A stretch of 64,000 nucleotides of DNA from positions 288,001 to 352,000 of the forward strand of contig CP000066.1 of the NCBI GenBank assembly GCA_000002445.1, given 5' to 3'. How positions within the stretch are numbered: position 1 is the first letter of the stretch; every line of letters begins with the position of its first letter. The notes below the pieces were generated by a model. That model was given only the letters and a program-made list of their open reading frames with translations, searched no databases and had not been told where the DNA came from. Of this stretch, positions 49,896 to 62,390 are shown one piece after another. The translations under genes and the position numbers were made by a program. The DNA is from Trypanosoma brucei (taxonomy: Eukaryota).

Positions 49896-50220
49896 CTAAA
49901 AGGAGAATACGCCCTGCACATAATCGTAACAGTTTGACACCACTGAGGAAGCCTTTCCACCGGCTGATGTTGAGGAGTATGGGATGGTAGTTTCAGCGCC
50001 GTGCTTATCGTCGTTAGGGTATGATTACTGTCTGTCTTCACGATGCGCATCCGCACATATATACGTGGACTGTTTTTTTTTTTTCTTCATTCTCTCTATC
50101 TCATTACTGCTACCAATTTTACCTTTACTCGTGATCAGCCACTTTTAAGTTACCCCGTCGCCCCAGTGCCTGTCGGGGATACGGTGGGATACATTGCGTT
50201 AAGCTAGTTGAAGCAGGATT

Positions 50221-52581
50221 ATGCAACGACGTAAGCGCTCCCGCACCCATTCAGTGGGTGATGAAGTATCGAAGAACTCGGGGTCAAAATACGTGCCGCA
50301 GCCGGAGAAGATCGCTTCCGCCGCTTCAGGGGATACCTTGGAGCGGGAGGATTCAATAAAGTTGAGTAATACAGTTCTGCGTTCTTTGGCAATTGCCCCT
50401 GATGTTTCTGGTATTCGATGCGTTGCTGTGCATCCGTCAGAGCGAGAGATTGTTCTGGCTCGTGAAAATGGCTCTCTGATCTTGTACGCCATCGAACGAT
50501 TCCAAAACGTCACTCACTTCCAAATGTTGCGTTCCACTGGTGGTCGCAAGAGTCGTACCATTACGCGGTTACGTTACCTAACTCGCGGCACGGGCAATAG
50601 TAAAGGGATTTCCACTCGTACCGCTCCTCTACTACTGGCTTCTTACCTATCCGGCCAGTTCGTTGTTTACTGCGGTGACACACTTGCTCCTCTTTGTGTT
50701 CATCAGCGGACTGGTGGAGCTATTTGGGATTTCTGTATCACAGACCACACCGTCTATGCCGCAAAGGCTGACGGGTCGTGGCACCAGTTACACGTGGAGT
50801 ACAGCAGCAATGTTGCTGGTGCGGCTGGGCCTCGCGCTCCGACCGTTCCGGCGCTGACGCTCAAGCGGATCATACCAAAGGTGCCAGGCGCGGATCGTGC
50901 GATCAGTGTCTGCTGCTCACGGCAGTGGGGAATTGTCGCTGGAACAGATGACGCCGGAAATGTTGTGGCATGGCGTCTTCCCCGACCCGAAAGTACGGAC
51001 GACCGGGACGAAGAGACGATCAATCAGGACAACAGAGGAGGTGAAGGGAACACGGGAACGGCTGGGGATAGGCCGCAGAGTCTAACAGAGCATGAGGCCC
51101 TTTGGACGAGTCGCTTGCCTGAAGGAATGGCGCTTTGTTGTACCATCAGCACCAGTAGTAAAAACGCAGCTCCGGTTGTAGCGGTTGGCACTTCGGTTGG
51201 CGATGTGGTGATATTTGAAGCAACCCGTGGTCAAGCGGTGAAAACATTCACACACCACAAAGGCCCCATTAGCTCGTTGGTGAGCTGTCAGGAATACGTC
51301 AGTGGCAATCAGTGCGGGGTGATTTATGCGTCTGGTTGGCACGAGTCTCTCCGTTCGTACCGATGTAGCGTTGAGGGTGAGTGGCGCCCCGCTGAGGTGA
51401 AACGCCGCACACATCACCATGAAACCAGCGAACTGGCGCTCCTTCACCGCCATCAGATCATACTCTCTGCCTCACGGGATGCAACCGTTATGTATTCCCC
51501 AACTCAGTGTTTGTTCTCTGCACCGGCCATGTACCTTCACACCACGTGTCAGAAACTTGCTTTTGCGAAGGAGAGGAATGTCTTGCTGCAGACACGCAGT
51601 GGCCGCATCGAAGGGTTCTGTACCGATGCCGCATTACGTCGTTGGTCCCCGCTATTTGGTTACGAAGTGAAGGGTAAATTTCACTTGCAGGGACTGTGGT
51701 GCGACGATTCGCTCGGCCACATCGTTTTCTCCACAGACGAGCGTGTCTCTTTATTGTGCTGCCGCTGGCGCAATGGACTGGAGGGGAGTCTCGCGCTTAA
51801 GCGTATTGAAGAGGTGAGGAGTCTGCCTGCCAAATACGGCATTATCGACTGCTGCTTTGTCAACACCAAAACAAACAAAAGTTGCTATCTGCTTTTCGAC
51901 GACGCGATTGTTCAGATTTCCCTCACGAAAGCGTACCCAGTGGTGACCACGCAGCTGGTACAGAGGGATGGAGACCCCGATGAAATTGACATATGTCCAA
52001 CTCGTTTCATGTGGTTAGAAAATCGGGCAGATGTTGGTGAAGAGGAGGGGACTAATCATACCAAACTTATGGTGTACGGTCGCCGCGGGTGGCTTTCGTG
52101 TAGCACTGCGGTGGATGGCACCATTGACACCAGCACTTTCACGGTACACCGCGAGGTGATGCAAATGGTGGAGTCGGTACCCCATTTGTCACAATCGCAA
52201 GGAAGGGTGGAGCACACTATTGTTGCACTTGCAAATGGTGAGCGCTATGTTGCAGGTATTGGAACTTCTCAACTGCTTCAACTTCCGCGCTCACTTCCAC
52301 ACGACACGCGGTTTGTTGCTCTGTTGCCACCGAGACGCCGGCGAAACGACTCGGGCAACGAAGTTAGTGAAGGGTTGGGCAGTGGGCCTCGCTTCCTCGC
52401 CACCTTTTCACGTGGGTTATTGTGGGTTACGAGGAACTCGTGGTGCATGTTGAGCCGGTGCTCCGCAGAGGGTGCGTTTGTTTTGCGTGGAAACAAGAAA
52501 GTGCTAATTGTGGTGCGCAACCTGGAGGGAACGCTGGAAGTGTTGCCACCCTGTTGGAGGCTGCGACGCTTCGGTAACTGA
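50221..52581 (+). CDS. WD40-repeat protein, UTP4/cirhin-like (SSU processome) candidate.
   Basis: N-terminal SGIRCVAVHPSEREIVLARENGSLILYAI parallels UTP4 N-terminal SGIRCVAY......LAVSRTDG.VEIYNL. Multiple WD-like blades follow (VGTSVGDVVIFE, ILSASRDATVMY). 786 aa. Confidence 0.5.
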   Translation: MQRRKRSRTHSVGDEVSKNSGSKYVPQPEKIASAASGDTLEREDSIKLSNTVLRSLAIAPDVSGIRCVAVHPSEREIVLARENGSLILYAIERFQNVTHFQMLRSTGGRKSRTITRLRYLTRGTGNSKGISTRTAPLLLASYLSGQFVVYCGDTLAPLCVHQRTGGAIWDFCITDHTVYAAKADGSWHQLHVEYSSNVAGAAGPRAPTVPALTLKRIIPKVPGADRAISVCCSRQWGIVAGTDDAGNVVAWRLPRPESTDDRDEETINQDNRGGEGNTGTAGDRPQSLTEHEALWTSRLPEGMALCCTISTSSKNAAPVVAVGTSVGDVVIFEATRGQAVKTFTHHKGPISSLVSCQEYVSGNQCGVIYASGWHESLRSYRCSVEGEWRPAEVKRRTHHHETSELALLHRHQIILSASRDATVMYSPTQCLFSAPAMYLHTTCQKLAFAKERNVLLQTRSGRIEGFCTDAALRRWSPLFGYEVKGKFHLQGLWCDDSLGHIVFSTDERVSLLCCRWRNGLEGSLALKRIEEVRSLPAKYGIIDCCFVNTKTNKSCYLLFDDAIVQISLTKAYPVVTTQLVQRDGDPDEIDICPTRFMWLENRADVGEEEGTNHTKLMVYGRRGWLSCSTAVDGTIDTSTFTVHREVMQMVESVPHLSQSQGRVEHTIVALANGERYVAGIGTSQLLQLPRSLPHDTRFVALLPPRRRRNDSGNEVSEGLGSGPRFLATFSRGLLWVTRNSWCMLSRCSAEGAFVLRGNKKVLIVVRNLEGTLEVLPPCWRLRRFGN

Positions 52582-53469
52582 GCAATTTGCACAAATACGT
52601 ATATCAACGTCTGTCTGTGGGTGCATGTTTGTGTGTTCGAATGGAGAGAGATGAAGGACCGCTGCCAAAAGCAGTGAAACGCCCGAGTATTATTCCAAAC
52701 AGTGAAGTCCCAGATGCGGATGCAGGGAGGTAAAACAGAAGAGGGGCAACATACGCTGCTACGGAAGCAATGTTTGTGGTGACAACCGTCAGCAATGCGG
52801 GTTGAAGACGAGAGCACGCGGGTGTGAGTAACATCAACGTTGCGGTATCTTTCCTTCCACTTTCTTCTTTTAGATCCCTTAAGGATAGTGCTTGTGCGAC
52901 TTCCCATTACTGCTTGAATTAGGGGAAAGCAGTACTGAAAGGGCTGGGTGATAACGGGAAGGCACCTTAGCAAGAAGAATGAGGGAAGGAGCGTAAATAA
53001 AAACCAAACGTAAACAGGTAAATAATTACGGTAGTTCGGTTAAAAGTCCCGCAGGCTCAAGAGCGGCCTGTTGTGTGGGGATTAAAAAAGGAAAAAGGGA
53101 GCGGTAATACAAAGTTTCTGCTCTGCTGGTGTTTCGCTGTTGTTCTGACCTGCAGAGGTGCAATATGCTGCGCGGCCCCCATTTCCCCACATGGCTTTAC
53201 CTTTCTCTTATCTGCTTGAATTCTGCCTCTCGTTATTTCATACACCCCGTCTCATTGTTTTCTCCGTATCCTTTGGCATTTTGTTGTCTCATATTATCCA
53301 CGGTAACATCGATGTGGAAAAGGTGGGCTGGGAGGGGCTGGGGTTGCTTCGGTGTGAGCGTACAGTAGACGTTGCGTTGGCCACTTCTTCTCAACTGCGT
53401 TCGCGTGCGCAGCTATAAAGCTACCCCGTCCCTCTTTTTTATTTTATTCGTCACAGTTACGGACCGTTG

Positions 53470-55335
53470 ATGTGCTCTGTTGCACCGTTAGCTTCACACG
53501 GTACGGGATGTCCTGTCGCCGCTTGTATCGTGCGCTGCAAAAGACACCTTTCAGCTGTCGTGTGCCGCTTACGGAAGCTCAAAAGGTTGCGAAGTGGCCG
53601 CAACGTAACAACTTTCAACGCCAACTTTTACGAAGCGGTGGCTGAAGAGCGGCGCTACGGAGCATTTACGGATGGTGAACACTTTGACGACTGTACACTG
53701 CACCTGCGGCGGTGGATGTTGCGTCGTGTGACGTGTGCACCGACTTTCGCTACCTCTGTTACGGGTAGTGTAGAAACGAATGAAGTGCTAACAATGTGGA
53801 CAAAGTTGAGTGATGGTGGAGTTGTGTGGAATATTTTGCAAAAAGAGCAGCAGTGTTACGCAGTGCACTTCATAGGAGAGCTCTCATCTGATTTTGTTAA
53901 GGAGTTATTTAATTGTACCGTTGACGAATATCGCTCTGGTAGCCACAATGGTGTTGTGTTGTGTATTGTGCAGCAGTTGCGTGTGTACTCTGAAGCATGT
54001 TGTAGACCGGAGGATTTCCCACCACCTCTTTACGAGCTACGCGCTGCTGCCTTACGGACACAAGTTCTCCATCAGTGTGGCAGTGCCGGCGCGTTTCCCA
54101 CTTCTACAAAGTTGGGGAAACGGTCTGAGAATGGGTCGGACTGCTTTACGTTCTCGGAGTTGTTCGCTGGCATGGGTATGTTTCGTGTTGGGCTCGAGCG
54201 AATTGGTGGGAAGTGTGTCTTTGCGGTTGAGTGCGCACCTCACGCACGTAGTGTGTATCACGCTAACCACCATTTGCCAAGGCGTAATAGTTGTGGAAAT
54301 GAGGCATTACCAGCTACTCGTCGCCCTGTTCCACTCGTCGGCGATATCACCACTGTCCCTTCGCACTACTTCCCACACCACGATGTGTTAACAGCTGGTT
54401 TTCCGTGCCAAAGTTTCGCCAAAGCAGGATCCGCCACTGGTTTGCGCGATACAAAAGGGCAACTTTTTTATGAGGTCGTGCGAGTGATACAAAGCGCCAA
54501 GCCAAAGGGGTTCCTACTGGAAAACGTAGAAAATGTACTACATGTTGGGGGTGAAGATGGAGGCGAGGCCAACGCAAGCGAGGAATCGCAACATCACTTG
54601 AAGTTTATACTTGACGCGTTGCGGTCACCTTCGCCGGACAGTAATGAAGCGCTTACTTACGTCGTCGCGTATCGGGTTATTGATGGTGCTCTTGTGACCC
54701 CGCAGAGACGAAGACGTGCCTATTTTGTAGGAATCAGAGCTGATTTACCACGTGCAAACGCGAGGGATGTTGGTGCTGTGCTTGACGATGCTGTGCGACA
54801 GCTACGAGCATACAGAGATATGCACCCGGAAGCACCACGTTGCGTGAGGGATATCCTTGATTCCACGGGTGACACGAGCGAGATGGGGGAGTTCAATCAG
54901 TCTTTAGTATCGCTGCGTCTCACGGAGTCACAGTGGGCAGCAGTTCAGCGCAGTGTAACTTTCCGCCGATCCCCTTCGTGGCGCGTGTCTGATCTCAACG
55001 GGTTGGCACGGACTCTCATGGGAAGCTACCGCGCCAGCTATCAACTCTACTCGGAGTTTGTTCCTCTGCCTGACGGTGGGCCGCCCTTTCGCTTTTACTC
55101 AATTCGTGAATGTGCCCGACTTCAGGGCATTCCCGACTGGTTCTCCTTTAATGTTGTCTGTTATCCACTGTCTCTGGAGAAGTGCAACGGTAGGAGCGGT
55201 CCCTCTCATGGAAGTGATAAGGGCTGTGAAAGGTGTGTACCTGTGGGGGCGGTATACAAACTAATTGGAAATGCAGTGAATCCCATTGTTGTTGAGTGCT
55301 TGGGTCGTGCACTTTTAAGTCGTATCCTTAAGTAA
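53470..55335 (+). CDS. DMT: C5 DNA cytosine methyltransferase (DNMT6-type), with the full set of catalytic motifs after an N-terminal extension of about 225 aa.
   Basis: Motif I F.G.G (FTFSELFAGMGMFRVG). Motif IV PCQ (LTAGFPCQSFAKAG). Motif VI ENV (GFLLENVENV). Motif VIII Q.R.R (TPQRRRRAYFVGIR). Motif IX (RFYSIRECARLQGIPDWFSF). Motif X GN.V (KLIGNAVNPIVVE). Order I-IV-VI-VIII-TRD-IX-X as in eukaryotic and bacterial m5C methyltransferases. ATG at 53470; the track start at 53467 is TTG. Confidence 0.85.
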   Translation: MCSVAPLASHGTGCPVAACIVRCKRHLSAVVCRLRKLKRLRSGRNVTTFNANFYEAVAEERRYGAFTDGEHFDDCTLHLRRWMLRRVTCAPTFATSVTGSVETNEVLTMWTKLSDGGVVWNILQKEQQCYAVHFIGELSSDFVKELFNCTVDEYRSGSHNGVVLCIVQQLRVYSEACCRPEDFPPPLYELRAAALRTQVLHQCGSAGAFPTSTKLGKRSENGSDCFTFSELFAGMGMFRVGLERIGGKCVFAVECAPHARSVYHANHHLPRRNSCGNEALPATRRPVPLVGDITTVPSHYFPHHDVLTAGFPCQSFAKAGSATGLRDTKGQLFYEVVRVIQSAKPKGFLLENVENVLHVGGEDGGEANASEESQHHLKFILDALRSPSPDSNEALTYVVAYRVIDGALVTPQRRRRAYFVGIRADLPRANARDVGAVLDDAVRQLRAYRDMHPEAPRCVRDILDSTGDTSEMGEFNQSLVSLRLTESQWAAVQRSVTFRRSPSWRVSDLNGLARTLMGSYRASYQLYSEFVPLPDGGPPFRFYSIRECARLQGIPDWFSFNVVCYPLSLEKCNGRSGPSHGSDKGCERCVPVGAVYKLIGNAVNPIVVECLGRALLSRILK

Positions 55336-55539
55336 CCCTGTTGACGGTTCGTTGGTGGCAAAACACTAAATGTGTTGGATGCACCATTTCACGGAGGGTC
55401 GCCGGGTGTTGTTGTTACATTCATTCATATGGATTTGCACTACTTATCTCACTTTCCGTCGTCACCTCAACTGATGTATGTCTTACATGCATGTGGACGC
55501 ATCATACCCCTAGCGCGCAAACAATTGTCCCTCTTCCTT

Positions 55540-55618
55540 CATTATTTCCTCTCACTTTCCTGTACGAATACTTTAATTTGTCACTGCTGGTTATAAAGCT
55601 CCAAGTTTCTTTTCGTCG
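55540..55618 (+). promoter_or_regulatory. Polypyrimidine tract upstream of RPS25.
   Basis: ctcttccttcattatttcctctcactttcctgtacgaatactttaatttgtcactgctgg...ccaagtttcttttcgtcg, ending 20 nt before the ATG. Confidence 0.5.
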
Positions 55619-55636
55619 TAGCAAACTACCGCAGCG

Positions 55637-55978
55637 ATGCCACCAAAGAAGGGAGGGAAGGACACCAAGCAGGCGCCCAAGAAGGGCAAGATGGAGAACC
55701 TCAACAAGGGTGCCAAGAAGGCTGCAAAGAAGTGGTCTAAGGGCCGTACCCGTGAGGCACTTCAGAACGCCGTCATGTTCGACAAGGAAACGATGGACAA
55801 ACTCATGAAGGAAGTACCGAAGTACAAGGTTATCACACCATCCATCATCAGTGACCGTCTGAAGATCTCCGTGGCTCTTGCCGGGAAGGGGCTCCAGCAC
55901 TTGTGCAGACAGGGGCTCATTCGGTTGGTTTCATGCAGCAGCAAGTTTCGCGTTTACACGCGCGCTGCTACCGCATAA
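55637..55978 (+). CDS. RPS25: 40S ribosomal protein S25 (eS25).
   Basis: MPPKKGGKDTKQAPKKGK...KKWSKGRTREALQNAVMFDKETMDKLMKEVPKYKVITPSIISDRLKI...RQGLIRLVS is a textbook eS25. 113 aa. Confidence 0.9.
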   Translation: MPPKKGGKDTKQAPKKGKMENLNKGAKKAAKKWSKGRTREALQNAVMFDKETMDKLMKEVPKYKVITPSIISDRLKISVALAGKGLQHLCRQGLIRLVSCSSKFRVYTRAATA

Positions 55979-56458
55979 AGAAGAGTGGATGCGTGCGAGC
56001 TGCCACTGCCACTCTTCTTTTCTCATCTGTTCATGAGCGCCTTCTCGCCCCTTGATGGCGTCTAGTCAACACTGTGAGGCCGACAAAGAAACTTGAGCAG
56101 AGAAAAGGGGTGGTAGTCCAAATTATTTTTTGGTACATCCTTTTTTCTTTTCATTTTCTCCTTTTTGTTTGACTGTCCAATAAAGAATAATGTCTTCTGC
56201 TGTTGTATGCGGAAGCACGGAGGTTTCGTGCGACTGTTTGTGGTTGACTGCTACAAACCTTTTGTTATGAGCATCACACCCATCTACTTGACCGTTTTTT
56301 TTTCACCTATTTTCTTTTTTCTGTTTGATTATCTGTGCATGTGGCACTAAACAGGTTTATTCCAGTCCTTGTGATTCTCCTCGTCTCACAAAGTAACATA
56401 TCTAGAGAAGAAGTAACCGGAGTTAATTTGTAATAATCTGTCGATAACGGACAAGTAA

Positions 56459-58042
<1,584 letters not shown>

Positions 58043-59040
58043 ATGCAGATACATTCTCTTTCTTTTACGATGCTGTTTAAAGCGTGGATGTGCGGACGTT
58101 ACTCAGACGGTGCGTGTGGTTGGGTCCAATCATTGGTTATGTTATATCTGACAGCGGAAGCCACTAAGGAGTTAAGTAATCGCACGAGGACAGGATGTTT
58201 AAAGCTTGGCTGGGGTTCGTAGGGTTAGGGTATATTAGGAAGTGGGACAAAGGAATCAGTATGCGGCGCACGTATGACAGTAGAGATGATCATTCATCGA
58301 AAAGTGTTCACGAAGGTGGTGGCACTTAAGTGAACTAATGAGAAAATGCTGGTACCTGAAGCGGAGAGCGCTAAGTTGCATGCAAGAGGGTGATGGCGGT
58401 TTATCGGCCGTGTGCGGTTTGTTGATTCCTGAGGTCTTAACGTGGATGAAGTGGGACAAAATGAGAGTGTGTAAATGACGTGTGGCGAACCGACGTATCG
58501 GATTATTTAGGACTACTTGTAGTAAAAGAAACGCAGGAAAGTGAAAGGAGAGGGATAAGCTCCGCTTGTGGCGTGCCGACATCTGAAAAAATTTGTGCGG
58601 TGTAGTGGGAACGCCAACACCATAAGCATTGTTATGTACGACTGACGGACATTGACGGTAGCGGACAATAATGGGAAAAAGAATCGCTGGGCGAATGGCG
58701 GGAAACAAAAACAAGGTTGACTGGGAAGGGCGAGCAGTTGGGAGTATTAGAAGATGGCAGGGAAGTGGACACCACAGGAGGAAGTGAGGTAATTTGTTTA
58801 CCTTCGCAGATGGTGGGAGGTTTGTCACCTCACTTCACCCTTTCTCATTTTTTAAATACTTCTCTATCATCCCGGGGCCCTCTATCTGAGCGTGAGCAGC
58901 TGGGCTTCATTCATCATTTGTTTTTGTGTTGCTGATGTGCATTAACCACTAAAACAGTGCGTACTTCTACGGGATGCTTTACTGTTTTTTTTTATGTTCG
59001 AAGGAAGTGTACTTCGCTGTTGTCGTTGGGCATGATCCAT

Positions 59041-59230
59041 CTGCTTTGTGAGTAACCTCTTTTTCTCATGCGGCTCCTTTCTCCCCCTTTTCCTCGTTTC
59101 ATTGTTTACCTTCCCGGAATTTGCTTGCCGTTTTTTTTGGTGCTGATGCGACGCGTATTATCTTTCGGTTGCTTCGTTCATTGCTCCATTTGCTTCGCTT
59201 TGACTTTCTCTTCCCTTGTCAGTTGATAGA
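59041..59230 (+). promoter_or_regulatory. Polypyrimidine-rich region upstream of the LMBR1-like gene.
   Basis: ctttttctcatgcggctcctttctcccccttttcctcgtttcattgtttaccttcccgg...ttgccgttttttttggtg...ctttgactttctcttcccttgtc. Confidence 0.45.
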
Positions 59231-59491
59231 AGTGATTGAACCCTTATATTTGCCTGCACTGTTGGTGACGTGTAGCTGCGTTTGCAGGGGACCACAGAGT
59301 AAACACTGTGCGAAGAAAGAGAAGACATTAACTGTTCATATCTTTTAGGAAAGGATCAGTGAAGGTGCCGTCCGGGAGACATTGAAATATACAGAGATAT
59401 ACGTATATTTATTTGTGTTAGCGGCAACCGAAGGTGCAGATTTGTGTAGACGTGTGACTCTTTGAGTAATTGGTGGGAGTAAACGGTACAG

Positions 59492-60928
59492 ATGTTGAAC
59501 TGGTGGCTCATAGTACTTATCGTTGTATGTTCTCTTTTGTGCCTTGCGATCGCCATATACGTGCTTTACTACTTCTCCTCGGAGGATGATCACGAGGGGA
59601 GCTATTTAACCAAAGTGATTATAGTTTTCGGCATACTTTTGGCTATAGGAGTGGTACTTTTGCTTCCCTTTGATGCCTCTAACGCCAGGGACCCCACTGT
59701 GGGAAGTAAATACGTTAACACGCTGAATACAGACCTCATGTGGGAGATTGTCTTGTGGTCACTTGCTGTCATGGCACTGGTGGTTGTTCCTTTTACAGTA
59801 TTTTTCTACGAGGCATATGATCCCGATGATGAGAGCTTCTCCAAACAGTGCGGGCAAGCGATCACTTTAACACTCATTGTATCCTTTGTGTTCATTGTAA
59901 TAACTGCCGTCTGCTTTTTGAGTTTTGGTACGGCACTTGTTCCAGTGGAGTTATATGAGGCTCTGCCGCAGATAGTAGATGACATTGACAGAGTGTCGTA
60001 TAATACCACCAGTGACAAGGACAAGTTTGAAGTGCATGTGAGTATATTCACCTACGTTGTTGGTGAACTCTGTCTTGTTGGGTGGATTGCATTCTTCTTT
60101 TACGCTGGTGTAGGACTTGTTTCGGTTCCCGTCGATTTAATCCGTGGCTTTATAAATCGGCCGAAACCGATAAGTGGATCCACCTTTGCACAGGAGATGG
60201 CCGTTATCGCAGCAAAGGGAGACACACTGCTTTCGGTAGCGCTTGCCCTTCAGAACGAGGCGCGGGGTAAAGTTCCAAGGTCAATGCGGAATAAAATTTC
60301 ATTTCTGCGTGCTGAGACACATGTTCTGGAGGAGGAACAGGAGGAACTCATATGGAACTATAAAAAGGTGGGCGGGTCACCGTTCATCGTCTATGGAAAG
60401 CTTCTGATCGGAATTTTGTCTGTCGCCCTCAGCATTTCCTGGGTATTGCAAATATTTCTGCACAATACATTCAAAATAGTGCCATTTCTTAGTACACTGG
60501 TTACCGCGCTGGATGAGGTGTTTCCACTTTTTGGTATCATAACCTATGGTATATTTGCTTTCTACTTGGTGTGGATTACGCTAGAAGGTCAAATCCGTGT
60601 TGGGCTGCGATTTGTTTTCTTTCAGATCCATCCCATGAAACCACATGATACGACTCTTAACTCTATTGTGTTTAACGTGGGTTTGCTGCTCCTTACGAGT
60701 TATGCCATCCTGCAGTTCACTACGCGCTCCTTCAACGAATACATCCCACGGACCTCAATCAATGCCCTGATGAATCTGTACGTGATGAACCTTAAGGGCA
60801 TCGGAGTTGCCGTAGAGTGGGCGCAGTTTTGTCTTCTTGGCGTTTCATTCTTGGGACTTCTGTTTGTACTTGCATGCCCTGCGAAAAATGCGGCAGCGCG
60901 ACCCAAGAAGCCAAACTATTCAACATAA
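59492..60928 (+). CDS. LMBR1-like multi-pass membrane protein (LMBR1/LMBD1 family).
   Basis: Nine or so hydrophobic segments. N-terminal MLNWWLIVLIVV...YVLYYF and a central charged loop are typical of the LMBR1-like conserved region. 478 aa. Confidence 0.55.
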   Translation: MLNWWLIVLIVVCSLLCLAIAIYVLYYFSSEDDHEGSYLTKVIIVFGILLAIGVVLLLPFDASNARDPTVGSKYVNTLNTDLMWEIVLWSLAVMALVVVPFTVFFYEAYDPDDESFSKQCGQAITLTLIVSFVFIVITAVCFLSFGTALVPVELYEALPQIVDDIDRVSYNTTSDKDKFEVHVSIFTYVVGELCLVGWIAFFFYAGVGLVSVPVDLIRGFINRPKPISGSTFAQEMAVIAAKGDTLLSVALALQNEARGKVPRSMRNKISFLRAETHVLEEEQEELIWNYKKVGGSPFIVYGKLLIGILSVALSISWVLQIFLHNTFKIVPFLSTLVTALDEVFPLFGIITYGIFAFYLVWITLEGQIRVGLRFVFFQIHPMKPHDTTLNSIVFNVGLLLLTSYAILQFTTRSFNEYIPRTSINALMNLYVMNLKGIGVAVEWAQFCLLGVSFLGLLFVLACPAKNAAARPKKPNYST

Positions 60929-62390
60929 AGGCCAGTTCGTGCGTTTTTGATTGAGTGTATAAGTGGATGTGCTTGGTGTAGATATGATTCCAACCTCGTG
61001 CAAATATCACAAGTAATCAAAAGGTTTCAGTCGCTGGGTTGCAGACGGGTGTTTTTGAATGATAACAAGTGAGCGGAGCCGGGCCCCATGATGTTTGGTT
61101 TTGTTCTTTAAGCCCCACTCCCTCACTTCTCTATCCCTTTTTGTTTATTTATCTTTGTTTTTGTGGTGGGACGATGGAACCCTACGTGAGCTGTGTTTTG
61201 TTCTCTTCATGAGAATTGTATTGTGGTGGTGGAGGTGGTATGGGCCGGCGATGATTTTTTATTTCCAATGTGCTCATACTTGCCGCACTTTTTGTCTCTT
61301 TACTGACCCGCGGTGTGGCGGTCATTCATTTTGTTTGAAGAAGTGATGAATGGTTCGTTGTCGTTATTGCTAATGTTCATGCGCGGTGCCTACTTTAAGC
61401 GTTGGTTTTATTGCTCTCCACACTTCGTTCTACGCGACATTTCTTTTTTTTTTTTTCAATCCCCTGCTGCTTCCCACTTCATAGGACTCTTTGGTGACAT
61501 CTACCGATTCAAAGTTTCCCTTTGCTCTCCTCCACAAGTGCGTGGTGATGTGCTACCAAAAGGATTGCCAAGTTGTATTGTCTCTTTCCATTCTTTAAGT
61601 TTTCCTAAATATTGGTACAACCGTTATTACTTTTAGCGAGTGAAAGGGGCAGCGTTGGAAAGCATAGGGAAATGAATGTGTCGGTATGAAATTAACGCTT
61701 GGAGACAAGGTGTTGTGGCTTTTTGCAAAACGAATCCCAGAGCGCAGGTCTATCCTTGCATTTGTTTCTTATGTTTCTCTCATTACCTCAATTTTGTCTC
61801 TCTTTACTTTCTTTTTTTACTTTTTGTCGTTGTCTAATCCCTTTGTTCGCTTGAACCATCGGGAAGGAAAATTACACACAAAACATTACTAGTAGTAGCG
61901 GTTAGTGGGAGAGTCGGGGGAAAAAAAACGACAGAAAGGGGAAGAGAGAAAGCAAGTGAAGGCATCAAAAGGGGCATTTAATACGTAGCAGTGGAGGAAA
62001 AGGAAAGTTTCAAATCAATCAATCGCTGAGTAAGTTTTCACCGGGTAAACAAGCACCAGCGGTTGACAGAAGCAGCTTTGTGGTCAGAAGTGTTTGAGTA
62101 TAAAACTTGTACGACGTACAGAAAGAAAGTTGATCCATCTATATCAACTAATTAATTTATATATACATACAGACAGATAGATAGTTATATAAATCAATCC
62201 GGAATCCGAAAGGGAAGCTGCCGGAACCGAAGGTGCTGAAGTTCATTGAAAAGAGAATATTGCGTATCACACACTTTCCAAGACACGGCAATTAATCTTG
62301 GTATCGGCACCAGGTTATTATTCCACTTCTATCTATCTATCTCACTTACTTTCTCCCTTACACACGATCACTTTCGTAGCAGTCTGCACG

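Noticed and set aside
58043-59491. Possible retroposon (RIME/ingi-like) or ncRNA in the 1.45 kb spacer after ATP synthase beta.
   Set aside because: No poly(A)-tailed element, target-site duplication or reverse-transcriptase-like ORF is visible. Small ORFs there (58717-58935, 59121-59348) are pyrimidine-tract translations.
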